Source: an uncultured Planctomycetaceae bacterium (GTDB lineage Bacteria; Planctomycetota; Planctomycetia; Isosphaerales; Isosphaeraceae). From it: a stretch of DNA of 64,000 nucleotides. Under the pieces are notes generated by a model. It did no database searches. It was not told the DNA's origin and saw only the letters and a list, made by a program, of their open reading frames with translations. Below are positions 17,313 through 29,455 of this stretch, piece after piece. The stretch is from assembly GCA_963816015.1 (NCBI GenBank), contig CAWFJM010000039.1:34605-98604 (forward strand), in the 5' to 3' direction. Numbering within the stretch: position 1 is the first letter of the stretch; each line of letters starts with the position of its first letter. Position numbers and translations under genes: made by a program.

Positions 17313-20300
17313 TGTGCTGATCGAAAGCGATATCCCTCACGGTTATTCTTTTTCCATACGCATTCATGCGATTTTCGGCACTATTGCGGAGGTCTTTTAG
17401 ATCACCAGAGATATCAAGCTTGTGGAGCAAGACCTTGCCATCGCGATGAGCGCGGATGAGATACTGACCCGTTTTGGGGCTGATGGCGGCCGCGACCACG
17501 GGCCCAGCGTCGTCGCCGGGGAGAATTGCCAGGGAACGGCCGGTGCCTGCATCCCAGATCCGGGCTGTTTCATCTCGAGAGCTCAGTGTGAGGACGACCC
17601 TGTCCTTGGGACCAAATTCCGAATAGGAAACGCCGGCGAAGTGTCCATTCAGCTCAGCCACGGGTTTTCCTTCGCCGATATCCCAGACCTTCGCGGTGTG
17701 GTCCCGGCTTGTCGTGACGATTTTGCTACCATCGTGGCTGAAAGCGACCCAGAGTACGCTCCCCTCGTGGCGCTCGACTTCCCCTTCCCCCAAAACGCGA
17801 TAGAGTTCACCGGTCTTCGCGTTCCAAACTCGGGCCGTACCGTCGTCGCCAGCCGTGACGATCAACTTGCCGTCGGGGCTAAATTCCGCAGTATTGATAC
17901 CCCACTGCGCCTTGAGGTTTCTCAAGTCCGTCAAATCGACCGCCGCTCTGACGATCTTGTCTGGGTTCGGCTTATCTTCGTGTCCTTTGAGTATGAAGAG
18001 TGGCTTTGGTGGCTTTGAGGATTCCACATCCCAGACCCGAGCGATCGCAGAGGCGAACTGGGGTGGCTGGGTTAGGTCTCCTCCGGTCGTGACGATGCGG
18101 TCGCCTTGGGGATTGAAGAGAGCGGCGCTGACCAGTTCTCCGTGTTGGAGGCGGTCTTTTTTTCTGGTCGTGACCTGCCAGAGATATGCGGTGGAAGCTT
18201 CGCGACTGGCGGCTAAAAGTCGAGAGCCATCGTCCGGACTGAAACGCACCATGGTGACTGGATGACGGCCCACAATCGAATTCATAATCCGGCAGTTTCT
18301 CGAACCCGTTCATTTCCCTGGCGATGTTTTTTTCGATGGTCCACACTTGCACCTTGCCATCTACGCCTCCTGAGGCCACCGTCCACAACCCAGAATTCTT
18401 TCCTCCAGCCGTCACAGGCTTGACCTCAGGCCTGAAGGCGACCACGTTGACGGGCCCGTTGTGGCGCGTGAGGGACTGCTCGATCAACTTGCCGGTCTTG
18501 CTGTTCCAAAGCTTGACCGTACCGTCGCTGCCGGCTGTAGCGAGGAGCTCGTCATCGGGGCTGAATGCCACATCCAGAATGGGTCCTTCATGAACCTCGG
18601 TTCTTGGCCCGCGAAGAACAGCCTGGATCTCCGGTTTCGGCCTGGCAACGAGGTTGATGATCAGGAAGCTGCCGTCCCGCGCAGCCGAAACGGCATAGTG
18701 ACCATCGGAACTGATGGCCGAAGCACTCACCGCCTCTCGGTGTCGGAATTCTGCCAGCGGAATAGGCTCGCCGGCGAGATTCCAGACCATGCACCGGCAG
18801 TACCCGTACTCTGTCAAGATAAAAGGACAGTTGGGGCTGGAGCGAAGCATAGAGTAGGGTCCGGTGATCCCCTGCAAGGTGGCTTCTAGGGTCTTGGTGT
18901 CGATGTTCCAGATCTTGACCGAGCCATCCCAGGCATCGGTGGCCAGCCGGTGGTCATCCTGACAGAAAACCGCCCGGTCGATATAGGCAGTATGGCCGGG
19001 ACGACCTGTATCCTTGTATCCTTTGGGAATTCGGCTACGGTTTTCCCGTTGGGCATTTCAAAGACCCGGATCTCGCCGTCGATATTCGTGATCGCCAGGA
19101 GCGTCCCTTTACTGTTGAACACAGCATCGGTGACCGGACGGTCCTGGAATTCGCTCAGGCTCGGGGGTTGGACGAGCTTGCCGGAATGCCCATCCCAGAT
19201 CTTAACGGTGCCCCTTGTTGTCTGATCTCTTTTGAAGGTCTCAATGGCCTTTCCGGCCGTGACGATGCGTTTCCCGTCGGGGCTGAAGACCGATGGAGTC
19301 AGCCGTTCGGTATAGCCGGGAAGGATGGCGATGCAAGGGAACGCACCGGTCTTGGGATCCTGTTCCCAGACCCGGGTCGTGTGGTCCTAGCCGGTGGTGG
19401 CGATGCGCCGGCCGTCTGTGAGCTGAAGCGTCGCGCCGGTGACTCGATCAGAATGCCCCGGGAGCACAGCGACAACCCGGCCCAAGCGTGATTTGTCGTC
19501 CCACTCCCAGACCCGTGCCTTGCCGTCGTAGCAGGCGGTCACCACACGGCGAGAGTCAGGCGCGAATGCCACGGCGGTCACAGGCCCGGGGTGACCGTCC
19601 CGGACACCAGGATTGTCGACGCTGTCGAGTACGGCGACGAGGTCACGCGAGGACACCTTCCAGATCCGCGCAGTGCAATCGAAACTGGTGGTGGCGACAT
19701 ATTCCTCATCAGGGCTGAATGCTACGCTGAGGAGCTTTGATTCATGGTAGTCCTTCAAGGCTTGAGGCGCGCTCTTGTCGATTTCTTGTTTTGCCGATAG
19801 CATGGCGGCTTTCTTAGGGGCCACTTTCTCGAAGAGGGTGAGGAACTTTCGGGAGTTCCAGATCCGCCATAGCCGTCGCGACTGGCAGTGATGATTTGCC
19901 GATCATCGGGGCTGAAACTGGCGGAGTAAACCGGCCCTTCGTGTCCCCGAAAAACGGCCAAGCATTCGCCAGTGGTGCTGTCCCAACGCTGCGCCGTTTC
20001 GTCCAAACTCGCGGTGACCACCCGGGACCCGTCGTGACTGAAAGCCGCACCCTGGATCGGACCGGTATGGCCCCGAAGAACACTGTGGAATCTCCAGGTA
20101 CGGGCGTTCCAGATCCGCACCGTGCGGTCGTAGCTGGCACTGAGCATCAGCAAACCGTCGTCACTGAAAGCGATCGTGCTGACCCGGGCGGGATGAGATG
20201 GCAAGTCCTGTTCTTGATGTCCCGAAACCGAATCATAAACGTGAATGATCCCCTCAGGAGCCGACTTTCCCGTTTCTTCTCGGCTCTCGAACTTGCTGAG

Positions 20301-22529
20301 GCTACCCCCCCCGATCACCACGAAACGGCCATCAGGGCTGAACGCCGCGGTGCAGATCGGTCCGGAATGACCCATAAGGACTGGAAGCTTCTTTTCTCCG
20401 CTCGGGACATCCCAACGGATCGCAGTGTGATCGTCGCTGGTGGTGACCAACTGCTTGCTGTTGGGGCTGAAGACGACGGCGTTCACAGGTTCCTGGTGGC
20501 CGTTCAGAGTCTTGATCGAATCCACCGTCGGAGGATCGCCACAACCGCGCGGTCCCATCGCGATAACCAGTGGCGACGAACTTCTCGTCACGGCTGAAGG
20601 CCACGGTGTTCACTGCTTTCTTGTACTTCTCAGGAACGGATGGGTTGGAGGTCCTTTCCGTCCTCAAAGTGGCGATGAGGTGACCGTCCAACGATTGCCA
20701 CAATCGCGCGGTCCCATCGAGATAGCCAGTGACAACCAGCCGACCGTGGGGACTGAACGCGGCGGCCAAAATCGGTACGGGGTCCTTAGATGATGCTTCC
20801 TCTGGAACCGGGAGTTCGACCTCATTGGTCTTGCTGAATTGCTCCTTCTCGCTATCGGAATGGAATTGAAAGATCCTGGCCTTGCCGTCGGCCCCTGCAG
20901 TGAGAACTAGGGGGTTATCGAGATCTTCATTGAAGCTCGCCACGTTGACGCCCCCCTTATGCTGGGCCACTTTCATGAGAGGCTGAGCCACCGAAAGGGC
21001 CTTGCGGAGGGCCGATTCGGCCTCGGGTGTTGGCCAGTAATCGGCTGAGTCGGCTGCCTCGCAATTCGAGGCTTCGTTTCGGATCATTGGAGAGCAGTGA
21101 TCGCGCGGCATCCCTTTGGGATTGAGAGAATCGGTACATCAGAAAAAGGCCAACCGCGACGAGTGCCAGCCCAACAACCCCAGCACACCCCCCCAGCCGT
21201 TTGGCGAATTTCAAGAAGGCGAACTGATCCCGGCACCAGTCCACGATCGGCCGGGCCAGGATGTTGTGGTACAGCTCGTAGCGGCGTAATTCCGGCCGTT
21301 CGAGGGGGGCTTCCAGCAATCGGAGGACCTTTTCCCGCACCAGGAGATCTGCCACCGGCTGAACCCGCCCCACCGGCCGCTCGACGACCGAGGCCAGGTC
21401 ATCGAGCGTCAGGGCGATCTTCGTCCCAGATGGTGTCACCAGTGCGCGTAAGATCCGGGCTGCGAGCGGGCGGTGGCCCCAGCGGAGCTTGTCCAGAACG
21501 TTCTGCCACAGAGTCGCAATGATCTTCCGCGCGCCACCGAGCCGATCGAGAGTCTCCCGGCGCAGCACGTGCGAGCCGAGACGTTGCTCCTCCTCCCAGA
21601 GTCGGGTCATCACCAGTTGCAAGTAAGGGGTCTCGACCCGGGGGCGTTCCGAACTGCGGGTCCTCAGCTTGCGGAGCTGGTCGCGGGCGGTTTCGTCCAG
21701 GCTGAACAGGCTTTCCTGGACCTGTTCGAGCAGGGCGTCCACACAAGAATCCTCGATCTTGTAGGGCACTTGATCGTGTACGAAAAGCTGGTCGAATCGT
21801 TCGATCGGCTTGACGATCGCCGCGCGGGCCGCTTCCAAGTCGAGATGTTCAAGCCTGTAAGAGTTGGCAAAAGGCGGGGGAATTCGCCCTTTGAACAGGT
21901 CAAGATTGGAGAGAAAGGTGTCATGGATGGAAATCAAGAAATTGACATTGAGGTCGTTTCGATTGACGGCGTGAACCCATTCCTCCAGGAAGGAATCGTG
22001 ATCGGTCTGGGCGGGCTGATACAGGAAGAACTCCTCGAACTGGTCCAGGATCACCAGCAAGTCGATGTCGAGTTGATTGGCCCATTTCAGAGTATTCGTG
22101 AGAGACCCGTCGGGAGGGGGCGAGAGGACCTGACGGCCGCCGAAAGCCGAGACTACATCCCTGCGGATTTGCGCGGCCAGAGCGGCCGCTGGGGATTTGC
22201 TCCAGGATTTGAACACCACGACGACGAACTCCGGCGAGCCTGATTCCCTCAAGCTCGCCCCCGCGCTGGCGCAAGTGATAGGCGACACCTGCCTCGAGCA
22301 GCGAGGTCTTGCCTACCCCGCCGGCGCCGTAGAGCAAGGACAGCCGACACGTCATGAGCTTGGCGGTCACGATGTCTCGTTCCGCGTCCCGACCGAAGAA
22401 GAATTGGGCGTCTTGTTCGCTCTCGCTGAAGGCACTTAGTCCCTTGTAGGGTGATGACGGGGCCGAGGCAACCTGGTCGGTGAGGTCGGTGGATCCGCTA
22501 GGCCCCGTTGAGGTCATGGCCTGGCTCAT
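17245..22529 (-). CDS. nSTAND1-type P-loop NTPase + TM helix + long WD40 repeat region (~1700 aa, many apparent frameshifts)
   Basis: SPYKGLSAF..FFGRD, Walker A GAGGVGKTS, Walker B LVILDQFEE, PYLQLVMTRLW, ELYHN; TM GVVGLALVAVGLFLMY; many GH...AFSPDG...TAS.D.TA.IW repeats. Confidence 0.88.
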
Positions 22530-23547
22530 GGTTTACCTCGGGCAGGTTCGAGTTTCGCGATCCTCTCTCCGAGCAGATCGACGTAATGATGGAGGTCGCA
22601 ATCGATGATCTCGACATCCATTTTCGACCAGAACTTCTTGTCCATGATCTGGGGATGGAGCTGAATCGCCCAGGAACGGATGGACCGCCGGCGCTGATGC
22701 CAGACGCGATAGAGCATGGCCCGCATGTTCCAGTCACGGAGGCTGTAGCCCAGGAATAGAAAATGGTTCTTTAGAAAGGACACAGGCGACGGAGGAGGGA
22801 GGAACTGCGTCACTTCAAGCCGGGTGAGATAATCGACGTAATCTTCCTCCGTGATCACGTAGCTGTCTTTGTCGGGATCGGGTTCGTCACTGGTTGACCG
22901 CGCCGTGGATCTTGATAATGATCGGGTGCTGATCGGGATCTGTTTTGATCTTCAGATATTCATCCGGATTGCGAATCGGTTCGGGCTGGCCTCTCGGGGG
23001 GCGAATGGAGAAACTTCCCTTTCAGCTCCGGGTTGACATCATTCATGTACCAGAGCAGGTGGAATGATTCGCCAGCGTCCCGAAAGGCTTGTTCCAGGAC
23101 GCAATCATAATTGGTCGTCACGATGATGTAACGGTGGAGGTCTGGGTCCCGAGCCGAGCGGTAACCTTTCTCCCGCAAGACCCCGGGAATTTTCGCGAGC
23201 AGCCGATGGACGCTCGTCGGGGGATACGCAGGGCTGAAGACATCGTGGAGCTTCTCGTAGAGCGGCCCCTCCCCTTGCTCAAGAGCGGTGTGCAGGGAAA
23301 CCCGAAGCAGGTCTTTCCGATCGCTCTCGCGATACATGAACTCTTCGGCAAGGTACTCGGAAAGCTCTGCGCCTCCCGGCAGGTATTCGCTCTGACCGGG
23401 AGTCCAATGGAAACTCAGTGGGCGATCGCACAGGTTCACTGCTGCCCCAAGGAAGGGGATCACCCGCCGTTCTGTAAGGCTCTTCACCACGCTATCGAGG
23501 TGTTCCGCCAACGCTTCGTCTTGCGTTGCTCTCTCAACCGGGCTCAT
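22526..23547 (-). CDS. SIR2-like domain protein (SIR2_2 type, putative NADase), frameshifted
   Basis: VIPFLGA, IVTTNYD, IIKIHG, YVITEEDY, FLFLGYSLRDWN; RBS GGAGGA; stop overlaps the nSTAND ATG. Confidence 0.87.
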
Positions 23548-24075
23548 TGCACTTCCTCCCAGGTTCAGGGTGCCCGTGCTGACCGTGCCTCTGTCGAGCG
23601 GGCTTGAAAACACAAAGAGAAGGAAAACTGCTCCGAGATTGAGACGGATCAGTCGCTGCGGGATGTCTGTAACTTCTGTTTTAGGTTAATTTTAACAGGT
23701 TCTAGATTGCAAAGCGATAATCATCGCCGATTTTCGCGGCCGCGTAACTTGCCTAAATGACACCTAACCCTCCCGGCAGCCGTGGCAGGTGGACCCCACG
23801 ACGCGCTTGGTGGCGGCGCGTTTCGGTCCGAAGTCGTCAAGGGCACACCAGACGGAAGGGAAAAGACCGCCATGCGGATTTTGGGATGGGACGTAAAGCG
23901 CGCACCCTCTGCATGCTCGCATCATGGCGAGCCTGTGGGATACATTTGACCAGACAACCACCGGACCAAAGGGGCCACCTCTGTCATCAGTCGGAGATGC
24001 TAGGGCATGCAATGCAAACTTGACGTGGCGATGTCGACCCGTTAGATTCTGCGGGTCGCTCCAGGAGATCCGCCC

Positions 24076-24993
24076 ATGACGATCGCTCGTTCCCATCTGA
24101 TTGATCCTTCGGTGACCCGCTGGTATCACTGCGTGACCCGGTGCGTGCGCCGCGCCTTCTTGCTCGGAGAGGGACCGCACGACCGTAAAGAGTGGATCGA
24201 GAATCGGCTCCAGGAACTTGCCGAAATCTTCTCGGTGGCGGTCGCCGGGTTCGCGGTGCTGGACAATCATCTGCACCTGCTCGTGCGGCTGGACCCGGAC
24301 GTGGCCCAGGGATGGTCGGATGAGGAGGTCGTGCGACGCTGGGGACGACTCTTTCGGCCACGTGACAGGTCGCGTCAGCCGGTGCCCGTGTCGGACGATT
24401 GGGTGCAGGGCGGCTGAAGGATGCCCTGTGGGTGGCGAAGGCTCGACAGCGGCTGCAAAGCCTGAGCTGGTTCATGAAGTGCCTCCGTGCTTACATCGAT
24501 CTGAACCCGGTGGCTGCCGGAATCGCCGAGGTTCCCGAAGCCAGCCAGCACAACACCTCGATCAGGCAGCGGGTTGAGCATGTGAACGCTCGCGGCCGGA
24601 CCAAGGATCTGAAAGCGGCCCGGCGCGGCAGCGTGGCGGGCTCAGCGGCGGCGGCGGAGCTGGAGGAGACGCTCTGGCTCTGCCCCATCGAGGATCGGCG
24701 GCGGCTGAATTCGTCGCGTGAAGGGATGCTGGGAGGATTCTCGCTGGGCAACTACCTGCTCCTGGTGGACTACACCGGGCGGCTCTTCCGTGAAGGGAAA
24801 GCGGTCATCTCGCGTGAGCTGGTCGAGATCTTCGATCGACTGGGGAGCAGTGCGGAGAACTGGCAGGCCCGTCTGGTGAAGCTGGCCGGTTGCTGGGCCG
24901 GTTCTTCGCGGCCAGCCGGAAGCGCCTCAGAGAGATCGCCGAGCGTCTTGGCCTGCGGCAAGTCCCCAACCTGGCCGGATGCCTGGCCCGCTG
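24076..24993 (+). pseudogene. Y1 HUH transposase (RAYT-like 'CVRRAF' class) with an internal deletion and frameshifts
   Basis: YHCVTRCVRRAFL, NHLHLL (HUH), YIDLNP; SLSWFMKCL runs directly into AYIDLNP without the usual intervening segment. Confidence 0.8.
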
Positions 24994-25189
24994 ACACCGG
25001 CCTCGGACGCGGATCGCAATCCGGATCTCAATCCGTGCGGCGGCTCGCGGCCATCCCGAACCCCGGGCTTGCCGGGAACTTGCCGGACTTCCGGTGGCCC
25101 GGTACCTTGAAGCGTGCCGGGCCCTGACCAGCGGCGACTCGACGGCGCACGGCCGCGACGTTTCCGGATCGGAGAGATGGTTCCCGCTG

Positions 25190-26227
25190 ATGGAACGACC
25201 TCGATGGAAACGGCAGTTGATCGTCAAGGTCAAGGCCGCGGTGGCCCTTCTTGTCCTGTGGGCTGTGGGCCGGCACGTGCTCCGCACCTGGAACGACCTC
25301 AAGCAGCATGAGGCAACCTTCCAGGTTCAGCCGGTCCGGCTAATCGTCTCGGGAGTCCTCTACCTCGCCGGGCTGGCGTGCTGCGGCAGGTTCTACGAGC
25401 GGGTTCTTCGGGCCGGCCCCACGCCGATCGGCCTGGGGCCAGCATTGCGAGCCTACCTGATCAGCCACCTGGGCAAGTACGTCCCAGGCAAGGCGATGGT
25501 CGTCGTGATGCGTGCGGGAATGTCCGTGCCCTACGGCGCCCGGGGGGCCACGGCGGCGATCGCCACCTTCTACGAGACCCTGGTGATGATGGCGGCCGGC
25601 AGCCTGGCGGCGACGCTCGGGTTCGCGAGGGCCGGAGAATCGCCTGCACTCGCGCTCGATCTACCGATCCTGCGGCATCAGGTGGTGGAACTCTATCACC
25701 TGGGGGCGGTCCTGAGCCTGGGACTGGGGCTGGCGTTCCTGGTGGTCGTGCTTCCCCCGGTGTTTCGCCGGCTCTCGTCGTGGGTCAGTGTACCGTTTCC
25801 CAGAGTGGGCGCCGGGGCCTTGCCCCGGTTTTCGGGCTGGCTCATGCTCGAGGGGTATCTCTGGTCGGCGGCAGCCTGGGTGCTTCTCGGCGCCAGCCAG
25901 ATGGAGCTGGCCTGCGCGCTTCGTCCCCTGGGCACGAGCCAGTATCTCGCCCTCCTTCCGGTGGTCACGGCCAGCGTGGCGCTGGCGACCGTGGCGGGGT
26001 TCGCCGTCGCGGTCTTGCCTGGGGGCCTCGGGGTGCGAGAGGGCGTGCTCATGTATGCGCTGGCTCCGGCGCTGGGAGATCAGAGCCTGGCCTGCATTGC
26101 CGCGCTGGCCTTGCGGCTGGTCTGGGTGGCCGCGGAAGTGCTCGCGGCGGCGGTGTTGCTGCCGCTGGGCGCCCGGTATCGTCCAGGCTCGAAGCTCGCG
26201 CCCGAAGCAGGGGAGACGCCGCCATGA
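25190..26227 (+). CDS. Lysylphosphatidylglycerol synthase TM / flippase-like protein
   Basis: SHLGKYVPGK and PGGLGVREG motifs; multiple TM helices. Confidence 0.85.
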   Translation: MERPRWKRQLIVKVKAAVALLVLWAVGRHVLRTWNDLKQHEATFQVQPVRLIVSGVLYLAGLACCGRFYERVLRAGPTPIGLGPALRAYLISHLGKYVPGKAMVVVMRAGMSVPYGARGATAAIATFYETLVMMAAGSLAATLGFARAGESPALALDLPILRHQVVELYHLGAVLSLGLGLAFLVVVLPPVFRRLSSWVSVPFPRVGAGALPRFSGWLMLEGYLWSAAAWVLLGASQMELACALRPLGTSQYLALLPVVTASVALATVAGFAVAVLPGGLGVREGVLMYALAPALGDQSLACIAALALRLVWVAAEVLAAAVLLPLGARYRPGSKLAPEAGETPP

Positions 26228-27246
26228 TCAGCGTGATCATCCCCGTCTACAACGAGGAAGGGAGCCTGAAGGCGCTCCATGCCGAGCTCGCGGCCGTTAC
26301 CGGCGGAGGCGACCTGGGCCCGTTCGAGTTCGTTTTCGTGGACGATGGCAGCCGAGACGGCTCCTGGAACAAGCTGACGGAGCTTGCCGCAGGGGATCCG
26401 CAGGTTCGCGCCATCCGGTTCCGCCGCAACTTCGGGAAGGCGGCCGCCCTGACCGCGGGGTTTCAGGCGGCGCGTGGTGAGCGGATCTTCACGCTCGACG
26501 CCGATCTCCAGGACGACCCGGCCGAGATCCCTCGCTTTCTGACCCGGCTCGACGAGGGGGTGGACGTCGTGAGCGGCTGGAAAAAGACCCGTCACGATCC
26601 CTGGCACAAGGTGATCCCCAGCCGGGTATTCAACTGGATGGTCAGCCGTCTGACCGGATGCCGTCTCCATGACCACAACTGCGGGTTCAAGCTCTGCCGA
26701 TCCGAGGTGGTCCGCGAGCTGGAGATCTACGGCGACCTCCACCGTTTCGTGCCGGTGCTGGCTCACGCCCGGGGGTTTCGCGTCGCCGAGCTCGAGGTCC
26801 ATCACCGGCCCCGCCGGCACGGGGCCTCGAAGTACGGCGTCTTGCGGTTCCTGAAGGGCTTCCTCGACCTCCTGAGCGTGCGGTTCCTGACCCGGTTCCG
26901 CCAGCGCCCGCTGCACATCCTGGGCGGAGCCGGCCTGTTTCTGCTGGCCTTGGGCGTGCTGGGCCTGGTCTACCTGGCCGTCCTCTGGATCATGGGCTCC
27001 TGGATGCCCGGTTACCGGCCGATCGGCAATCGCCCCATGCTCTTCTACGCGATCGCCCTGCTGATTTTCGGCGGGCAGCTTCTGAGCCTGGGCATCCTAG
27101 CCGAACTGGTCACGGCCTACAACATCCGGCCCCAGGACACGTACAGTATCGCCGAGACCATCGAGACTCGGGCGGACGAATCCGAGCAGGCGAGCCAGCC
27201 TCCACCCGGACCGCATCCCCACCACACAGCTGCGCCTCCCGGCTGA
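26224..27246 (+). CDS. GT2 polyprenol-phosphate glycosyltransferase (ArnC/GtrB-like)
   Basis: IPVYNEE, VDDGSRD, RNFGKAAAL, DADLQDDP; two C-terminal TM helices. Confidence 0.92.
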   Translation: MISVIIPVYNEEGSLKALHAELAAVTGGGDLGPFEFVFVDDGSRDGSWNKLTELAAGDPQVRAIRFRRNFGKAAALTAGFQAARGERIFTLDADLQDDPAEIPRFLTRLDEGVDVVSGWKKTRHDPWHKVIPSRVFNWMVSRLTGCRLHDHNCGFKLCRSEVVRELEIYGDLHRFVPVLAHARGFRVAELEVHHRPRRHGASKYGVLRFLKGFLDLLSVRFLTRFRQRPLHILGGAGLFLLALGVLGLVYLAVLWIMGSWMPGYRPIGNRPMLFYAIALLIFGGQLLSLGILAELVTAYNIRPQDTYSIAETIETRADESEQASQPPPGPHPHHTAAPPG

Positions 27247-27343
27247 CCGGAACCAACGCGTTGACACCGGCGTTTCGGGCTTCGATACTAGCAGAGACGC
27301 ATCCTGGCACCACTCCCCGGCCGAGCCTCCCGCGAGCCCGCCC

Positions 27344-29041
27344 ATGCTGGACCCGCAATCCGATCTCGTCCCGCGCCGATCCGATCCCCGACGGTCCGTG
27401 GCGCTGGTGGTCATCGTCTCGACGGTCTCGCTGGCGCTCGGGGTGCTTCTGAGGCAGCCAACGATGATGGGTGCCAATGATATCTCGCGCTGGTGTACCG
27501 TCTGGAGCTTGCTCGAGCGGGGCACTTACATCATCGACGAGTGTCCCTGGCAGCTCGAGACCCAGGACAAGGTCTACCGGGCCCGGGGTACAGGCATCGC
27601 GGGCGCCGAGCCCGCCAAGCATTACTACTCGAGCAAGCCCGCGCTGCTCTCGACCCTGATCGCCGGGGTCCTCTATCCGGCGCGGCGACTCACGGGAGTT
27701 CCGCTCGACCGGGTGGTGATCCAGGAGCGTGAGGAACGATGGGTTCAGAAGCCGGACGAGAGCGACTCTGGCAAGGTCAAGGGCGTGCTCGAGCGGCCCA
27801 AGGATCCGGCGAAGTGGCCGGTTTATATCTTCTATTTCAAGACGGCTCTGGTGCTCCTAAACATCGTGCCCTTCGCGATCTTCCTGGTGCTCTACGCCAG
27901 GGTCCTCGACCGCTACGCTTCGAACGACTGGGCGTGGTTCTTCAGCCTGCTCGCCGCGGCGGTTGGAACCTATCTCCTGCCGTTCACGCAGACGCTGAAC
28001 AACCACACGGTCGCGGCCTTCAGCGCCTTCTTCGCGCTTTACCTGTTCCTGCGGATCTGGGATGAGGGGAAGCTGTCGGGCTGGCGGTTTGCCGGGGTGG
28101 GTCTATTCGCGGCGTTCACGGCGGTCAACGAGATTCCCGCACTGGCCTTTCCGGCGCTGGTCGCGGGGCTTCTGCTGTTCCGGTATCCCAGGATGACCCT
28201 GTACTGGCTGGTTCCCGGGCTCCTGGTGCCGTTCGCGGCGTCCGTGGCGGCGCAGTATGCGGCCCTGGGTGAGATCAAGCTGGTTTACACGGAGTTCGGC
28301 ACCGAGTCGTATCTCTGGGAAGGGAGCCTGTGGAAGACACCGCTGGAGCTCGATGCGCTCAACCTTCCTTGGTTTGATGCCAAGGAGGCCGCGCGGCGTG
28401 GCATTGGCGGCGAGTCCTATGGTCTCTATCTCTTCCACATGACACTGGGCCACCATGGGTTCTGGTCTCTCACTCCGATCTTCTTCTTCTCGGTGGTTGG
28501 CCTGGTCCGGCTGGTGCGTGGCACGGGCCGATTCCTGACCATCATGACCTGGCTCTGCCTCGGCGTCAGTGCGGCCGTGGCCGGCCTGTTCGTTTACGAC
28601 CCCTCGGCCTGGGCCAGTGGAGGGGGGCTGGGTCCTTATGCCTGGGGCTTGCTCGTCGTTCCCGTGCTGCTGGGCCTGCTTGCATTTCTGAGCTGGTTGT
28701 TGATTCTTCGCGAGGGGGGGCCGCCGATGGCGGCGGAAGCGTGGATGACAGCCGTGCTGACCGTCGTCCTGCTGGCCTTCTACACCTGGAACCCCAAGGC
28801 ACGGAACTACGGCGGCTCGACGCAGGGCCTACGCTGGCTCTTCTGGCTGATCCCGTTCTGGCTCCTGCTTCTGCCTCGCGGCGTTGAAGACGGCCAGACT
28901 CGACGGTGGGTTCGCAACCTGTCGCTCCTGGCCCTGGCGATCTCGGCCCTCTCGGTTGGCTACTGCGTGCGCAACCCGTGGACCCACCCGTGGATCCTCG
29001 ACGCCCTCGAGCACCTGGGGGCTTATACCCTTCCCCGCTGA
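27344..29041 (+). CDS. Polytopic membrane protein, probable GT-C glycosyltransferase
   Basis: N-terminal loop ANDISRW...YYSSKP followed by about 12 TM helices; follows the GT2 gene. Confidence 0.65.
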   Translation: MLDPQSDLVPRRSDPRRSVALVVIVSTVSLALGVLLRQPTMMGANDISRWCTVWSLLERGTYIIDECPWQLETQDKVYRARGTGIAGAEPAKHYYSSKPALLSTLIAGVLYPARRLTGVPLDRVVIQEREERWVQKPDESDSGKVKGVLERPKDPAKWPVYIFYFKTALVLLNIVPFAIFLVLYARVLDRYASNDWAWFFSLLAAAVGTYLLPFTQTLNNHTVAAFSAFFALYLFLRIWDEGKLSGWRFAGVGLFAAFTAVNEIPALAFPALVAGLLLFRYPRMTLYWLVPGLLVPFAASVAAQYAALGEIKLVYTEFGTESYLWEGSLWKTPLELDALNLPWFDAKEAARRGIGGESYGLYLFHMTLGHHGFWSLTPIFFFSVVGLVRLVRGTGRFLTIMTWLCLGVSAAVAGLFVYDPSAWASGGGLGPYAWGLLVVPVLLGLLAFLSWLLILREGGPPMAAEAWMTAVLTVVLLAFYTWNPKARNYGGSTQGLRWLFWLIPFWLLLLPRGVEDGQTRRWVRNLSLLALAISALSVGYCVRNPWTHPWILDALEHLGAYTLPR

Positions 29042-29455
29042 ACGCGTGGCCGCGTGCTGACCATGCGACCGATGGCCAGGCCGCCGCTTGCCGGCCATGC
29101 GGTGACCTTTGTAACTATGATTCGATCAATCACTTATGCCATTCCATCAGGGTTTCCAAAATATCTGGAACTTCCTTGACTCCGACGCGACGGGAGTCTT
29201 AGGCTCAAGTTAGAGGTTGCTTGGATTCGAGCGGCTCTCCCTGACAGAGAAAGCCCCTCGGTGCGACCTCAGGATGAGGTCGAACGTCGGGGGTTTGCGG
29301 CCTGATGGGGACCGAGCCGGGCCGGCGCATGGAACGCGACTCGGCGGGATCAAGGGAACGATCGGTCCGGGCAGGGTGCGTTCTGCGGCGGACGCTTTTC
29401 AGAATCCGCCCGACGGAGCATCCGACTGCCCGATTCACCCGATCGAGGTGATTTC

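Noticed and set aside
25378-26223. N-terminal extensions on the GT2 ORF (and on the response regulator ORF, 34449-35333)
   Set aside because: They overlap other genes; family homology starts at 26224 and 34448 respectively
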